Shown here one piece after another: positions 12,622 through 25,800 of a DNA stretch of 64,000 bases; the stretch's first letter is position 1, and each line of letters begins with the position of its first letter. Source of the stretch: Lama glama (taxonomy: Eukaryota); assembly GCA_028534125.1 (NCBI GenBank), contig CM052845.1, positions 24,366,001 to 24,430,000 of the forward strand, given 5' to 3'. Position numbers and translations under genes: made by a program. The notes under the pieces are model-generated. The model saw only the letters and a list, made by a program, of their open reading frames with translations, ran no database searches and had not been told where the DNA came from.

Positions 12622-13689
12622 TTCTATGTTTATTCCTTTACTGACCAGCAGCCCCTGCAGGGAAGGGGCTCATTAAACCAGGCAGACTTTCTGGAGCAGG
12701 AACAGAGGGCCCCGCGCCAGGAAGTCCTGGTTGGGGGGGTGGTCTGGGGCCGTGGGAGACAGTGGGGAAACCGACCCGGGGGACTCGGGCCCGACTGCAG
12801 GAAGGGCAGGTGAGAAAAGGGTGGTGGAAGGGACGGTTTTGAACAATTTTCCGAATCTGTCAGAGTGGAGGGGATACGGGGTAATTTGCAAAGGCTATGA
12901 GTTTGCTGGGTGGTGAGGCGACCTGAATGTTCATTTGTAGAGAGTAAGAGCCAGTGCAGTGGCCAGCAGAGCCATCGGGGGACACATCGCAGCGCCCAGC
13001 GCAGCCTGGGCTGCCGCGGGCACGGCTGTGAAGGCGGCTGCATTCAGGTCCCGGCTGAGCTTCCGGCTCATGTGTCATGTTGGACAAGCTATGCCACTTC
13101 TGTGAGCACCTGCAAAACGCGGACGTCACAGGACTTAACTCACAGAGTCCACGGATGTTAACTAAGAACATTCTACGCAACACGTGGAGGGTGGAGCCTG
13201 GCGCGCCACGGGCATCTGGTTAATGTTAATAAGCACTGTAGTCGACTTGCCCGCAGAGGCCTGTCCGGGGTCAGGGACCTGGCTCCCAGGTCAGTCTGAG
13301 GAGTTTGGCAGGACGTCTCGGGACACTCCTGGGGGAGCCGGCAGGGGTCGGGGCTTCTCGGAGGGACCCCATGTTTCCACATCAGAGTCTGCCTGAACAA
13401 ACATTTCAAGTTCTTACTTTTTTTTTTAAAAGAACAAACCTTGGTGAAGTCGTCAGAAAGAACTTAATTTTTTTTCTAAAATCGAAATCACGGAACAGAA
13501 AAATTAACCCCATTTCACCCCCATTAACTAACCGAGCCAGAGCTGCTGTGTGTGGGCCGCGCAGACATCAGGCGCGGCCTCTGACAGACGCCTCTCCTCC
13601 GCGGCTGCGCCCTCGGCCTCACCAGCTGTCTGTGTTGTCGTCATGCTTGCCCGCCGCAGCAGGAGCCACAGGAGCCTCGCTCAGGTCAC

Positions 13690-13945
13690 CTCCCGCTTGC
13701 TGGGGGCTGGTGCCATGGTGGTTGGTTACTTGTGTGTCTTCTTTTGTGGAGTGGCTTCCCAAACTTTTCCCCATTTTTTCCCATCAGTTTGTCTTCATAG
13801 TTTTATTTTGTGGGTGTTCTGTATATATTTTGCATTAAATCCTTGGTAAGATACGCATTTCAAATATTTCCCTTCACTCTGCAGTCTGCCTTTTCATCTT
13901 CTTCTTAGTCCTTTAACGAGCAAAAGTTCTAACTGTTGATGCTGA
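13690..13945 (-). mobile_element. L1 ORF2 3' part, antisense fragment
   Basis: T-rich text typical of antisense L1: tgtgtgtcttcttttgtggagtgg...gttctgtatatattttgcattaaatcc...caaatatttccc...caaaagttctaac. Confidence 0.7.
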
Positions 13946-14199
13946 GAGCCACTCTCCCGCTACGCTGACTTACTCTGTCGATCTGCGTGGCCCTTAGCCC
14001 GAGAGCGTTCACCTCCCGGGGGATAAGAGGCAACACCTGGAGACGCTCCGTGGTCACAGCGGCTGTCACCTGGTGGGTAGAGGCCGGACATGCTGCTGAA
14101 AGTCGTGCACAGAGAGCCGTCAACTCAGAAGAACCGCCCGGCCCCAGACGCCAGCCGCGCGCAGGCTGAGAGGCCCTGGCCCCCTGACGCCACCCTCAC

Positions 14200-14480
14200 T
14201 CTGTCGTAAGGACAGAGGGCCTCCCACCTGCAAGAGCATAATCCGCTCTTTCCCCAAGCGAGGGCCCCTTGCACATCCACCAAGAGACTATGTTCTGGGA
14301 CGTAAACCTTAAGAATCTGAAAGAACAGAAATCATACACGATACGTTCTTGGGCCACAATCGGTTAATCAGCAACAGGAAGATTTCCGGAAAATCCCCAG
14401 GAATCTGAAAGTCAAACAGCAGGCTTCTAAACAACCCGTGGTTCAAAGAGGAGGTCTCCAGGAAAATTGCAGAATGTCTT
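14200..14480 (+). mobile_element. L1 ORF2 fragment (end of endonuclease region), sense orientation
   Basis: caccaagagactatgttctggg...aaagaacagaaatcatacac...aacagcaggcttctaaacaacccgtggttcaaagaggagg resembles the recalled L1 ORF2 segment encoding DHILGHK...EII...LLNN.WVKEE. Confidence 0.7.
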
Positions 14481-14689
14481 GTTCAGAAACCAGGGGGAGG
14501 GAGAAAAGCCAGAGCGAACCACGTCGTGTCAGATTACAGCCAGAGACATCGGTATGGATTCACGCTTAGCTTAACACAGCCGCGGATGGGAAGGTACAAT
14601 GAACACTTGCACGTACGCCGGCTCTGCCCTTTGAGGGAGCTGGCTGTGAGCACCCGGTGCCCCACCCGGGATTCTGAATGCCGTTCTCC

Positions 14690-15200
14690 TACAACGAAGC
14701 AGGGAGCCTTGCAGAGACGGCTGCGTCTGGCGCTGGGAAAATCAGACGGCGAGGGGCGTCCGACTTGGTTCTTCCTTGTCAAGGGTGTCCTGGCTCTCCT
14801 AAGGTCCTTTGCATCTTCACACAAGTTTTGGAATCCTCCTGTCAGCTTCTCTAAGAACAGAGGTTGCTTTGAATTGTGTTGGTTTTGGCTGAGGTTGCAC
14901 TGAAATTACACCCTAACCTGGGGAGAATTAGCAGCCTGACCGCGCTGGGGCCCCATCACGGTGTCTCTCCATTTACGTCGCTCTCCTTTCATTCCTTGGA
15001 GCAGGGTCTTGGCCCTCGGTGCAGAGTCTACAGGTATGCATGTACGTCTCAGGTGTGTGCAGTGAATCCCCAGACGTGTGCACCTTAGGCAGATTTCTGG
15101 CAGACAAGTGACTGGCACATGCGTGTTAACTGTTCTCCAGAACACGCTCCTCCAGGATGTCTCATTTTCACGTTGTGTTGTGATGGTGCCTCTGTCATCT
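14690..15200 (-). mobile_element. L1 ORF2 antisense fragment
   Basis: ttggttcttccttgtcaag...aggtcctttgcatcttcacacaagttttggaatc...gttgcactgaaattacaccctaacctggggagaatt matches the antisense L1 ORF2 pattern. Confidence 0.65.
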
Positions 15201-18200
15201 GCTTGGCTCACTGACACCTCGGGGCCTCGGGTGGTGGTGTCCGCTGCGAGAGGCGGAGACGGACTCCTATTACAGGGCCGACACGGTGGCGGTTTCCCTT
15301 CCAGACCCTCTTGGAGCGAGGGTATGGGCACATGACCGCCGCCCCTCAGATACGGTGCGTCTCCCCCAGACTCGGGGTGCAAGCTCGGGGCGCAGAGGAG
15401 AATCCCACCAAGAGCAGCTGCAGCTGCCGCGTCTGGCATACGAGGTCGCGGGCAGAGCTTGGCCCGGGTGTTGCCCGCGAGGCGTGTGCCCAGCGTGGCT
15501 GGGATGGCGGGCTTCACCAAAGCAGGCAGATCTGAGGGGGGCTGTTCCCGGCTGCAGAGCCTTCACGCCTGCTTCTGTCCCTGCTGGAGATTCTCAGAGA
15601 CGCCCTTATTGTTTCATGCATTTTCTTTCTGCTTAGTTACAGAGCCTATTTTTCGTGCTTATTTAAGCATCCAGAGCGAGTCTGCGTTTGAGCCTTCAAG
15701 CCCCCTGCGCGACGACGCAGCCGTTTTCCGGATCCAGGTACTCAAAGTGGCAGCTGAAGCCACGCCTGGACTTACTGCGAACAGGGTCCCCGAGGTCCAC
15801 CTAGTGCCACCGAAAGGCCCCTTGGGTCCATTTTCTTAAAAACACTGTCGATCTCAAGACCTTGCAAGTCACACGTCACAGAGTGGCTCAACACCGACGC
15901 GTGCGCCAGGACTTGCGGGCGCGCCTGCTGCAGGGGGTCTGCTGTTGACTTGCCGACATTCAGGGTGTTTGAGGTTTATTTTTCTGAAATTCAGTTTGCT
16001 GACATCTCTCCCTGTAATTTATTTTTCCAAAGAGACACGAGTGGAGGCCAGTGCGTGTGAGCTGCGACACAGAGGAAGCGGGGGCCCGGCGACCAGCCAT
16101 CAGCCAGGACCAGGGCAGGGCTGCTCTAAAGGGACTTTCTTGGGGTGAAAACGCTCTCCCCAGGTGTGTTTACCCGGCAAGTGAGCCATTCATCTAACAC
16201 ACACTCACTGGGCGCCCAGGGCAGGAACAAGATGGCTGAACCTCGCCCTTGCTCCCAGGAGCTTCCGGGGCAGCAGGCTGGAGTCTGTGTCTCTCGGACC
16301 TGCCCCGTCAGGTCCCCCGCCCAGAAGGCAGAGGGAGCAGGCATTTGGGACCTGGGGGGTCAGGATCACCAGGGCAGAGACGATGTCCGGCTGCGGCTCT
16401 CACCTGGGCATCGGGGCTTGGGGGCCACATTAAACGCAACACGCCCGAGGCTGGACTCAGCCACCCTCGACCTCTGCGCCTCCTTCCAGCCCCTCTCCCA
16501 CCCATGTCAGAGTCCTGGGGGGGGGCGTCTTCCGTCCCTGCTCCTTTTGTTCAGCACCATCCCCTAACAGGTCCACTTCCCGACCGGTTTTCTCGGTCCC
16601 CCTGCCATTGCCAACGCGGTCTGCTCTCCTTCACTGGGATTTCCTGACAGACATATGACCGTGTCCCCCAGTCAGATCCATCTTCCCTAGACAGAAACCG
16701 TCTAGGCTACTGAACCCCTTCAGGGGCTCCCCACGACCTTCAGGAGCAATTTTAGGGCATTTGTTAGCCTGACAAACGAGGCGACTGGAACACGAAGCTA
16801 CAGTAAAGATCACCACTGACACCCACCTGATCAGCCCCAGTGACCACTTCCTGACGAGCAGTTCAGGGCGTCAGACACCACTGAGCACCTGCTCTGCGTC
16901 AGGATAGCTCAGCCACGGTCTCTGCTCTCGAGGGACCTGGAGCGAAGTCTGGCCAGTGAGACAAACAGAAAACTGGATCGGTTCCCCGTCAGGTGGTGTG
17001 TGCAGAGAAGACATTCTGTCCCACACCGCCACCGCTGCCTTTGTTCCAGAATCTCTCCTGTTAGCGCTTGAAATTAAATATCACTGCAGCAGTTAAATAT
17101 GCGTTTCCATTCTTCTCACTCCATTGTATTTTCTGACTGCTGATTTTATAGGTTAAACATTTGATTATCTACCACCCTGTAAAACGTGAGGTACATGCTG
17201 CCTAAGAAGAAAGAAAGAGTTCTTTCGCCGTTGCAATGTTTAATGATAAGTGCTGAAGTTAGTGACTATCTGAATATGCCACCACATACCACCACATACA
17301 TGTAGGACCTTACAGGCAGTAAGATCGAGCATCCTGTTGTGATTGGAGAGAATCACTAAGTGTGCATCCATCTGAAATGAAAAGAGCAGTGTAACCGCAT
17401 CATGGAAGCGATCTGACGTGGTGCCCCAGTCAGCTGACAATGTCTGGGGGACTGCACGGCAGTTATCAGGGTAATAAAAAGAAATGAGTGTTCACTGCCA
17501 TTCGAGGGAGCCATAATTTAATCCGGAACTAGAGAAAAACACAGAAGATAGAGAAGAACGAGGGCACCAAATGTGCAGGAAGATGGCTAATGGGAACCTC
17601 TCAGTACGGGGACATCCCGGAAGTCAGAAGTCACCGGTAGCAGACGGGGCAGCCCTGGGAGGGGAGACTGTGCTGGAAAAGCCCTGGGCTCTCTGGACCA
17701 GGGATGCTGAAGGCCCCTGCCCCCATGTGCACGTGGTGGTGCTAGAGCTGGAGGCGATTCTCGGGACCAGTAATGCTCAGCGCCCACTGCTTTCACTCCA
17801 TCGAGGAAGAGGGGTTCCCTGGTGACAGCTCGGGGACGTGTCTCTGCAAGTCTTCTTTTACTACGTCTCACGTAAAATGAGCCTTGAAGACACAACACGT
17901 GGGCATACTCCCGGGAATAAGTTTCACTTTATGGCTTTAGAACACACATAAAACTACACTTCCACTTGTAGCAGAGAAGTGTAATAAAGTCACTGAGCAT
18001 AAAGGTATTACTGTGGTAACTTTGCAACACAAGGATTATTTGCTTTAAATGCAGTGTTATTACTGGGAAAACAGCACTTACCGGTTACGAGGGGGCTTAG
18101 AAGACAGTGAAGCCGATTTTCAGTATCTTTTAACACTAACATACACTTTTGGAAAATTTTAAGGAAATATTTGAAAGAAGGTAAAACTCAGCTGCTGCTC

Positions 18201-18264
18201 CACCACCCAGAGATGATCATTCCTAACACGTTGGTGCCTCCGTGTATTAGTTTTCCACTGCTGT

Positions 18265-18621
18265 GTGTGGCGGTTAATCTTATGCATCAACTTGGCTAGA
18301 CTGCGGGACCCAGATACCTGGTCAAATAGTAGTCTAGACAGTACTGTGAAGGAGTTTTTTTTGAAGATGCGATTAACATTTAAACTGGTAGACTGAGTAA
18401 GTAGACTGCCCTCAGAATGCGGGTGGGCCTCGCCCAACCAGTTGAAGGTCTTAAGAGAAAAGATCAACCTCCTTGAGGAAGAGGAAGCGTCCAGACGCCT
18501 TCAGACTTGAGCTGCAGCAGCGTCTCCCCTGGGCCATCAGCCTGCCAGTCATGGGAGCCAGCTCCTCACAGGTAATCCCTCTGAGGCACACAGGCCCCGT
18601 GTCTCAGAACGCTGACTAACG
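18265..18621 (+). mobile_element. MLT2-type ERVL solo LTR
   Basis: Starts tgtggcggttaatcttatgcatcaacttggctag, contains gattaacatttaaactggtagactgagtaa and gggtgggcctcgcccaaccagttgaagg, ends gaacgctgactaac; follows the recalled MLT2 consensus. Confidence 0.85.
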
Positions 18622-19644
18622 CCATGTTACCATGAACTCAGTGGCTGAGCGCAGCCTTCCTGTGCTAGGTCACGTTAGAACCGCAGGTCACAGTCTGGCG
18701 CGGTGGGACCGGTTCTCTGGTCACCGCCCCACACACGGACAGCAAGGCGTCAGCCAGACTGAGTTCTCTTTGGAGGCTCAGGGAAGAAATAATGTAAGTA
18801 TTTTTCATACATACATATTGATACATTTCACAGTAAAAGAGATTTAAAAAAGATTTATCCTAATAAAGTGGTTATTGCAAAAGCAATTCAGGTCATCAAA
18901 CCCTTACTTTTTTAACTGTGAAAAAGAATTCTGTCATTTTCAGTTGACTGGTTTTTGGTGCCTAGTTAATATCCTGGCAATCTGTACGCTTATTTTTTTT
19001 AATTCTTACACTTTTTGTTTCTATTTTTTATTTTTGGTACATTTACTTATTTACTTAATATTACCTTATTTATATACTTAGTTCATAACACACACTTATT
19101 TATTGGATGACTAAGTATGTGAATTCATTCGTTAAGCATCATTTACCAAGGAAGATGGCGGTTTCAGGAGAATAAATCATTTTAGTGCATTTGGGAGAAC
19201 CGCACACAAGGCACTTAGAACAGCCACTGCCGCTGCAGGCTCACTGTCGGGCTTAGTGTTGCGTGACTTCGCCCTCAGATTTTACAGCCTCTTCGCTCTG
19301 AACTCTTTACTCAGTGCGTTCCCCGGGAACACAGCAGACGAGGGCAGCCGGGGAGAAGTGTGGCCCCTTTCAGCCCCAGGCCAGCGTCTGCTTCTCACCC
19401 CAAAGGGACTGTGTGCACTGTCACCGCCCTCTGTCCTCAGTTTCGCCAGGTGGGGCCCAGCTGCTGGCCGTCCGTGTCCCTCGCCGCCTGCACAGCTCCG
19501 GGGACCGGGCGGAGACACGCATGGGCTGTCACAGTGCGGACGCGGGCCCTCGGAGCCCCGCACGGCCCCAGGCGTCTGTCTGGCACCGCGCTGTTTCACA
19601 GCCACACTCCAAGGACTTCCTGTAATTTTTCTCACGGTACCAGG

Positions 19645-20340
19645 TCTGCTGACAATGCTTTTCTCAACTTCTGTTTTTGTGAAAAGGTCTCTATTTCATT
19701 TTCATTTTTGAACGGTACTTTCTCTAAGTCTAGAATTCTGGGTTAATCAGCTTCTCTTTTCATACTTCAAGCATCTCCCTTCGTTGTTTCTGGCTTGGAG
19801 AGTTTATGCTGAGAAGCTGAAACTGTCTGTTCCTCTGTAGGTAGCGTCTTGTTCTGTAAGAGTCCCCTTTATCCTTGGCTTCTGGTGGTTGGAACGCGAT
19901 GGGGAGACGGGGTGAGGCCTTTGGTTTGTTTCGTTGTTTGGGTGTTTATCTTTCTCGAGAGTTCCGAGCTCTTCAGTCTCTGACTTAACGTCTCATGACG
20001 TTCAGGAATTCTCGGACGTTACATCTTCAGACGTCTCTTCCCTCCGGGGCTCCTCCGTGCTGGACAGCTTGACGCCTCCCCGCAGCTCTTCAACGCGCTC
20101 CTCTGCTTTTCGCGCCCTACGTTTTCTCCTTCGCGTTTCAGTGTGGTGGTCTCTGTGCACCTGCCTTCGAGTTCACTGCTTACCACTCAGTCAGCAAAGC
20201 TTGTCGTTCCTCCACGTGACCTTCCTTCACAGCACTTCTCGCTGCCCCCGTCCTGTAATTTTCCTCTGTCTGTGGAGTCCACGCTTCCCCTTAGACCCTT
20301 TACTGTAATAATCTGTTATTTCAAAGTTTTCTTGGCAGTC
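19645..20340 (-). mobile_element. Old L1 (ORF1-region) antisense relic
   Basis: tctatttcattttcatttttgaacggtactttctctaagtctagaattctgggtt...tctggcttgg...gctgagaagc is typical of antisense L1M ORF1. Confidence 0.65.
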
Positions 20341-22701
20341 CTGTCGCCAGTGTCACCTGTCCATCCCGTGGTTGCTCTGTCTCCTGAGAGTGGCTTTACT
20401 GTCTTTCACTGTGTCTTCTAAGTCCTGGTATTTCTGAGTAGACGGCACATCTGCATAAACGAAGGTTGGCATGATATATAAAAGGCACACACTGAGACGT
20501 CCTGGGCCTTCCCTGCTGCGCCTGCCTCCTCCTCACTCCTTAGAGGTAAGCATTTTTTATTAGTTTCTTACTTATTCTCGTGGTTTCACTACGTCATAGA
20601 GACGGACAAGAGCTGTCGTCTTATTTTCCCATTATGTGCAAAGCGGCACGTTATTTACTAACGCTCTGCACTTGGCTGTTTAACGCGCTCTGATCGCTCT
20701 GTGTCGGCACACAGAAGTCTTCCCCGTTTCTCACAGCCACCTAACATTCTACCATGTTCCATTAGTAACATTCTGCTGTTTGAACACGTGTACATCTGCT
20801 ATTCAGTCAGGACTGTAAGGGTGAACCTGGGGTTATTTTCAGCTTTTGCTATTCCTGGCCGTGTTGCCACGAATAACGTGTTACTACTTATAGGTGCAGG
20901 TCTGTCCAGGGGACACGTTGTTCAAAGTGTGTTCCAGCAGCCCTGCCTCTCCATCGCTCCCTTGGGTTTGGGGGGAACTTTTACTGTACTGGGTAACGAA
21001 GTGGGTCTTACAAATGCAGATTCCTAACCCGCCCTCTGAGCACTGTCAGCGTGGGCGCCTGGCACGAGGCCCCGGGCCAGCCCCCGAGACGAGGAGAGGG
21101 ACGGGCTGCAGGTGCTGGGGAGGGAGGGGACTGAAGTGCCCGGGGGAGAGGTCAGGCGTGGGGACAGGATGCGCGAGCGCGGGCCAGGGGGTCCACAGGC
21201 CAGGAGGGGGACCTCGTCAACAGGAAAGTAAAGTGCATAATCCTTAAGGAGGCCTGATGCCTGCTCGCAGTCACTACACTGCTTGCTTTTTTTTTTCTTT
21301 TCTTTTCCATGGTTTTCTTTTAATGTGCACGATCATGAAATGAATGACACACTTTTAACACGAGAAGTTACGTCGGCAGCCCCCTACCCAGGGGTTCAAA
21401 CCCCACGACCTGCTCAGCACAGCTGGCGCCCAGGGAGGGTTCCAGGGACCCCACGTTCTCAGGTGTTCCCCAGCCCCCCCACATCAAGGTGGGGAGACTG
21501 AGGTCTGGTGCAGCCCTTGACTGCAGGGGGCAGGGTCAGTGATGCCTCTGGCTCCCCCCAGCACAACTTCCCAGTGAGAACCTCTTCCAAGACTGGGTTT
21601 CTCTGACATGCGCCTCCCTCCCCTAGTTCCCTCTGTGAGCTCCAAAGGGCGAGACTCTGGCTGGGCTCCCGGCCACGCCCTCACAACCCCCTCCACCGAC
21701 CATCTTCTCCGTGAGGCAGGGCCTCAGGGGACACGTGAGGGAGGCGGCAGATGGCGCTGACCGTCACCCCTTCCTGCCTGGCGTCCCCAACGCAACTGCT
21801 GTGGAACTTAAGGGAGGCAGGCCACAAAGGTGTGGTTCATGTGTGCAGGGTTTTAGTTCCCATCCTGCAAGGAGACTAACAGGTCGGGGGATTTACTGGG
21901 AGAAGAAATCACACCTGGTTCCACGTGCTGCCGTGTGCACGGTGGGGGTGGGGGCGGACCGACACCAAGGTAACACTCCGGTCACAGCCTCATCCTCTGT
22001 CCAGGCTGCAGCCGCTCTGGACGCAGCACCGGCAAATCTCCTCGGACCTTCCCACGGGACGACCGACAGCTCGCGGTGGGAAAAGCAGGCAGTTTTTGCA
22101 TTTACATCCAGACTTAGCCAAACGGGCCAGATACACACAGCACGGTGACAGTTAAGGGTCAGTCGTATGTTCACAGTTCACAGAGGAGTAATCGAGTTCC
22201 TCGTTTCCTTGGTTTGTATTTTGTGAAACAAGTTACACACATGGACTGTGTATTTCTGGACAAACATACAAAGCCTGTGCTTTCTAGCTGTGAAGTGGAC
22301 CCATGTCCTGCCCCTCCCCTGCGAACAGCATGCGGCCTCCACAGGCACGTGTAACGTTACAGTAAACAAGAAACGCTCTGCTGTGATTTTCGCTCACACA
22401 CCTGCTCACACTCACACACTCGCTCACACTCACACAGACGTGCCCCTGGTCAACAACCGGGGTGATCTGAGGAGGCGCCGGTGCGCCACCGGCGAGGAGA
22501 GCTGCTTTAAAATTAATCCTTGACACAGATGTGGCCCAGGTGTACCTCCGTAATTACTCTGCAGTAACAACGCAGAGACTGATTGTTTTATGCAAAGTCT
22601 AACATTTTCAACCCAGGACTGTTCAGGTGGACAGCTGGCAGCGGTCAGCCGTGCGGAGAGGACACCGGGGCCGGGGTGGGGGGCAGTGCGCTGGGGCTTA
22701 C

Positions 22702-22898
22702 GTTTGGAGGTCTCCCAGCGGCCTCTGTCCGAGGGGCTGGAGCAGGGGCCCCGGGGGGGGCGTCTTGGGGCTGGAGTCCGACTCCCCGCTCTCCTCGTCA
22801 CCCATGGCTTTGATGTAGCTCCCGCTCCGCATCCTCCGGCAGGGGATCTCGTCGTCTCGGCCCCCTGCGGGGCACCCACCCCACTCGTCCTGGGGCAC
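22702..22898 (-). CDS. DLGAP2: DLGAP2 197-nt coding exon (VPQDEWGG...IPCRRMRSGSYIKAMGDEESG...LGDLQT) with a GK-binding repeat
   Basis: ORF 22698..22898(-). Acceptor ctctcctag|GTG, donor CAAAC|gtaagc; phase 0 in, phase 2 out. Contains the RxxSYxxA motif. Confidence 0.96.
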
Positions 22899-25800
22899 CT
22901 AGGAGAGAGCAGACACGGTCAGCCTGGCACCGACCCCGCGCCCGGGAGACTCAGCCCGGAAGGGCCCCTGGCGTCTCCTCTCGAGGCAGGTGAGGGCAGA
23001 TGTCCTCAGAGCGCTGAGTGCGGGTCCCCAGGGACACCAGAGCCAGTTACTGCCTTTCCCCGCACTGTAACGGTGAGAGGGAGTCCGTGCCAGCAAAGCG
23101 GGACGGGGAGACGTCCCACCTGCCGTCTCAGCAACTAGGAAGGAACACCAACATTCAGATTTATTTCCTTCTGGTACAAAAGTCGCTGAAACTTGAGAAA
23201 ACTGGAAGGAAAGAGGTCTCCGGCGTGTAGGAGGAGGAGGAGGAAAGAGAGGAGGAAGGAGAAGAAAAAACGTAAGGAGGGACGGAGCAGGGCCTACTGC
23301 GTGCCACGGGCTGCACCGCCACGTCGAGCCAGGGCCCGGCATCCTGGGGGAGGCACGCTGGGCCAGCTCACCCCACGGAGCTGACCACTGCCCCCGTCCC
23401 GCGTCCCAGCAGACGCCCACGGGGGACACCCCTCCGTGCTGCTGCGTCAAGCTTCCGGCCTGAGTGCTGGCTAAGCCACAGACAGGATAAAGCTGGCCCA
23501 TCTTTCGGTGTCCACCTTCCCTGACACACCCAAGTCACGGACCTTGTCTGATCCGGTGTCCCCACCACCCACCTGTCCTGTGCAGCTCAGCGTCCCGTCC
23601 CACACTCCCCCGCTGTGCACGTTTACGAAAGCAAACCCGCACCAGGCAGCGGTCTGCAGCGCATGGAGGTCGCACAATTCCACGGACGCACCCACAACTC
23701 ACGGGGTTCCGTGTGCCGGTCATGCTGGGTGAGGGGATCTCCCACATGCGCTTCACAGAGACAGAGGAGGATGCGATGTCACATTCAGAGTCTCCGGGGT
23801 GGGGCTCTTCCTGGTGCAAATACCGAGGGACTTCTGTACCCGCGTCAGCTCATCTGAAACTGGGTCCTGCCGTCCTCCCAGTTTCGATGTTGCCGATGAG
23901 CCCACTGCCACCATCCCCACCGGGGAACTGCAGCCCGGCTGGAAAGGCAGCGTTCTCAGCTGAAACCCCTTTCCTCCCTCTTCTCAGAACACGTGGTCAG
24001 ACACCTCCCACATTACAGCCCACGACGGGAAAGTCAGTTCTCAGCAGTCAGAACAAATCGCCAGGATGGAGAAAGACGTGGCACCATCTCACGCCAGGCG
24101 GGAACGGGGGCCCAGTCTTCATGGAAACATGTCAGAACTTCCGACTGTCCACGCCCTCTGACCCGGCAGTGTCGCTGCTACGGAGGTGTCCCCAGACAAC
24201 GGGGCTCGTGCCAGGGACTGTGAATTCTTCACTTGGGTAAAGGGAGGAGACACTCTAATATCTGATCGGGGCGGTGTGAAATATTTACTACAACCGAACC
24301 ATGGATCCAGTGTAGAAGAAGACACACTTAGCCGTGGAAAGATGTCCACGTGGCGGGGTCAATATTTAGAGCAGAGTAGGCCCTCCATGTTCTTACACTT
24401 TAAAGACAGGCGTGCCTGCATTTTGCAGAGAAACAGCCAGAAGGATGTGGAACCATCACTGGGAGACAGTGACTGTGGGCTTCCCAGTAGTTTTTCTTTA
24501 AGCTTCTATTTTCTCAGTTTTCTACATGGACCATATATATTGCTATTGCAATTGAAAGTAAAATATTTTTTTAATTTAAGAAAATTCAGTCCTGAATGCC
24601 AGTATCTTTCAGCAGAGGAGACTGGCATAAAATACAGTAAATTATGGTTTAATTAGGACCAAAGAGGCAGGTGCAGAGGGGGTCAGGGATGGAACCAAGC
24701 CATCCACAGAGAGGTGGAGAACCTGGGAGGACTTCCTGGAGGTGAGGTCAGGGTTCTAACTAACTGGGAGTTGACATGGAGGCGGAAGAAAGAGGCACCC
24801 AAAGGCACAGGCTCCCAGTGTCCCCGCTTAGCGGGGAGGAGTGGCTCAGCCACGGGGCGGGTGTTCTGGGGAGGGAGGCTGGAGGCTGGAGGCTGGGCCG
24901 GGACAGATGGAGAGAACTCGTTCGTGATGAAAATGCGTTCCCGTTGGCAGCTTTAGGGAATTTTTGTGAATTAAAAACATGTTTCCATAAAAATAACAAA
25001 GTAAAGAATTTTTTTCCCCAGCAGCCTGTGAATTAGCTAACAAATGAGACCAGTTTGTATTTTTTGTTTCTGATTTAAGCAGCCAGTGTCGCAGCCGGTG
25101 ACAGAAGAGGTTTCAACACCAGAGGAGGGAGAGCAGACCCAGGCGCAGGGCACGAAGGCTGCTTCCCTGCAGGCGCCTCAGGACCGTCGAGAGGACGAGG
25201 GGCAACGCTGGCACGCACTGTGCCTCAGTGAGTGACTGCTGGGCACATGCCCGTGTCAAACACCTGCGGCAGGAGACGTCCGGGGGGCCGACCCGAGGGA
25301 ATGCAGGGGTGAGCCTGCGCCCACAGGAGCCCCGACCTGCGGACCCCGCGTGGCCTCTGCTGCAGTGATTGACAATTCATTACCCTAATTTCCTGTCTGC
25401 ACAGAGTGCCGAGTGAGATCTGTAACTTCTGAAGAGCATCCTCCGGAGGTCGAGTTCAGCGTGCATTTCGGAATCTCCTGTTTCTGGCATCAAGCAGGCT
25501 TGAACGCGGCGTATTAGCCTATCAGGCAGCAGGGCCCAGGTGGCAAGGGCCAGGGCTTGGTAACAATATTCTCTTTCAGGGGTGACAATCAAGGAAAAAC
25601 GCCCCAAACGCTGTGAGTCCCCACAGGGAACGTCTTCTCCGCTCACTCCATGACTTACTTGCTTGTTTTAAATGCATGCCAGGTACACCCGCCTCTGGGG
25701 ATAAAACTGAGAGCAGCAGGGCTGGGCTCCTCGGTTCCAGGTTTTCACAGAAAGGACAGCGGTTCCAAGTGGGGGCGCCCGCCGGGGCCACCCCGATCTC

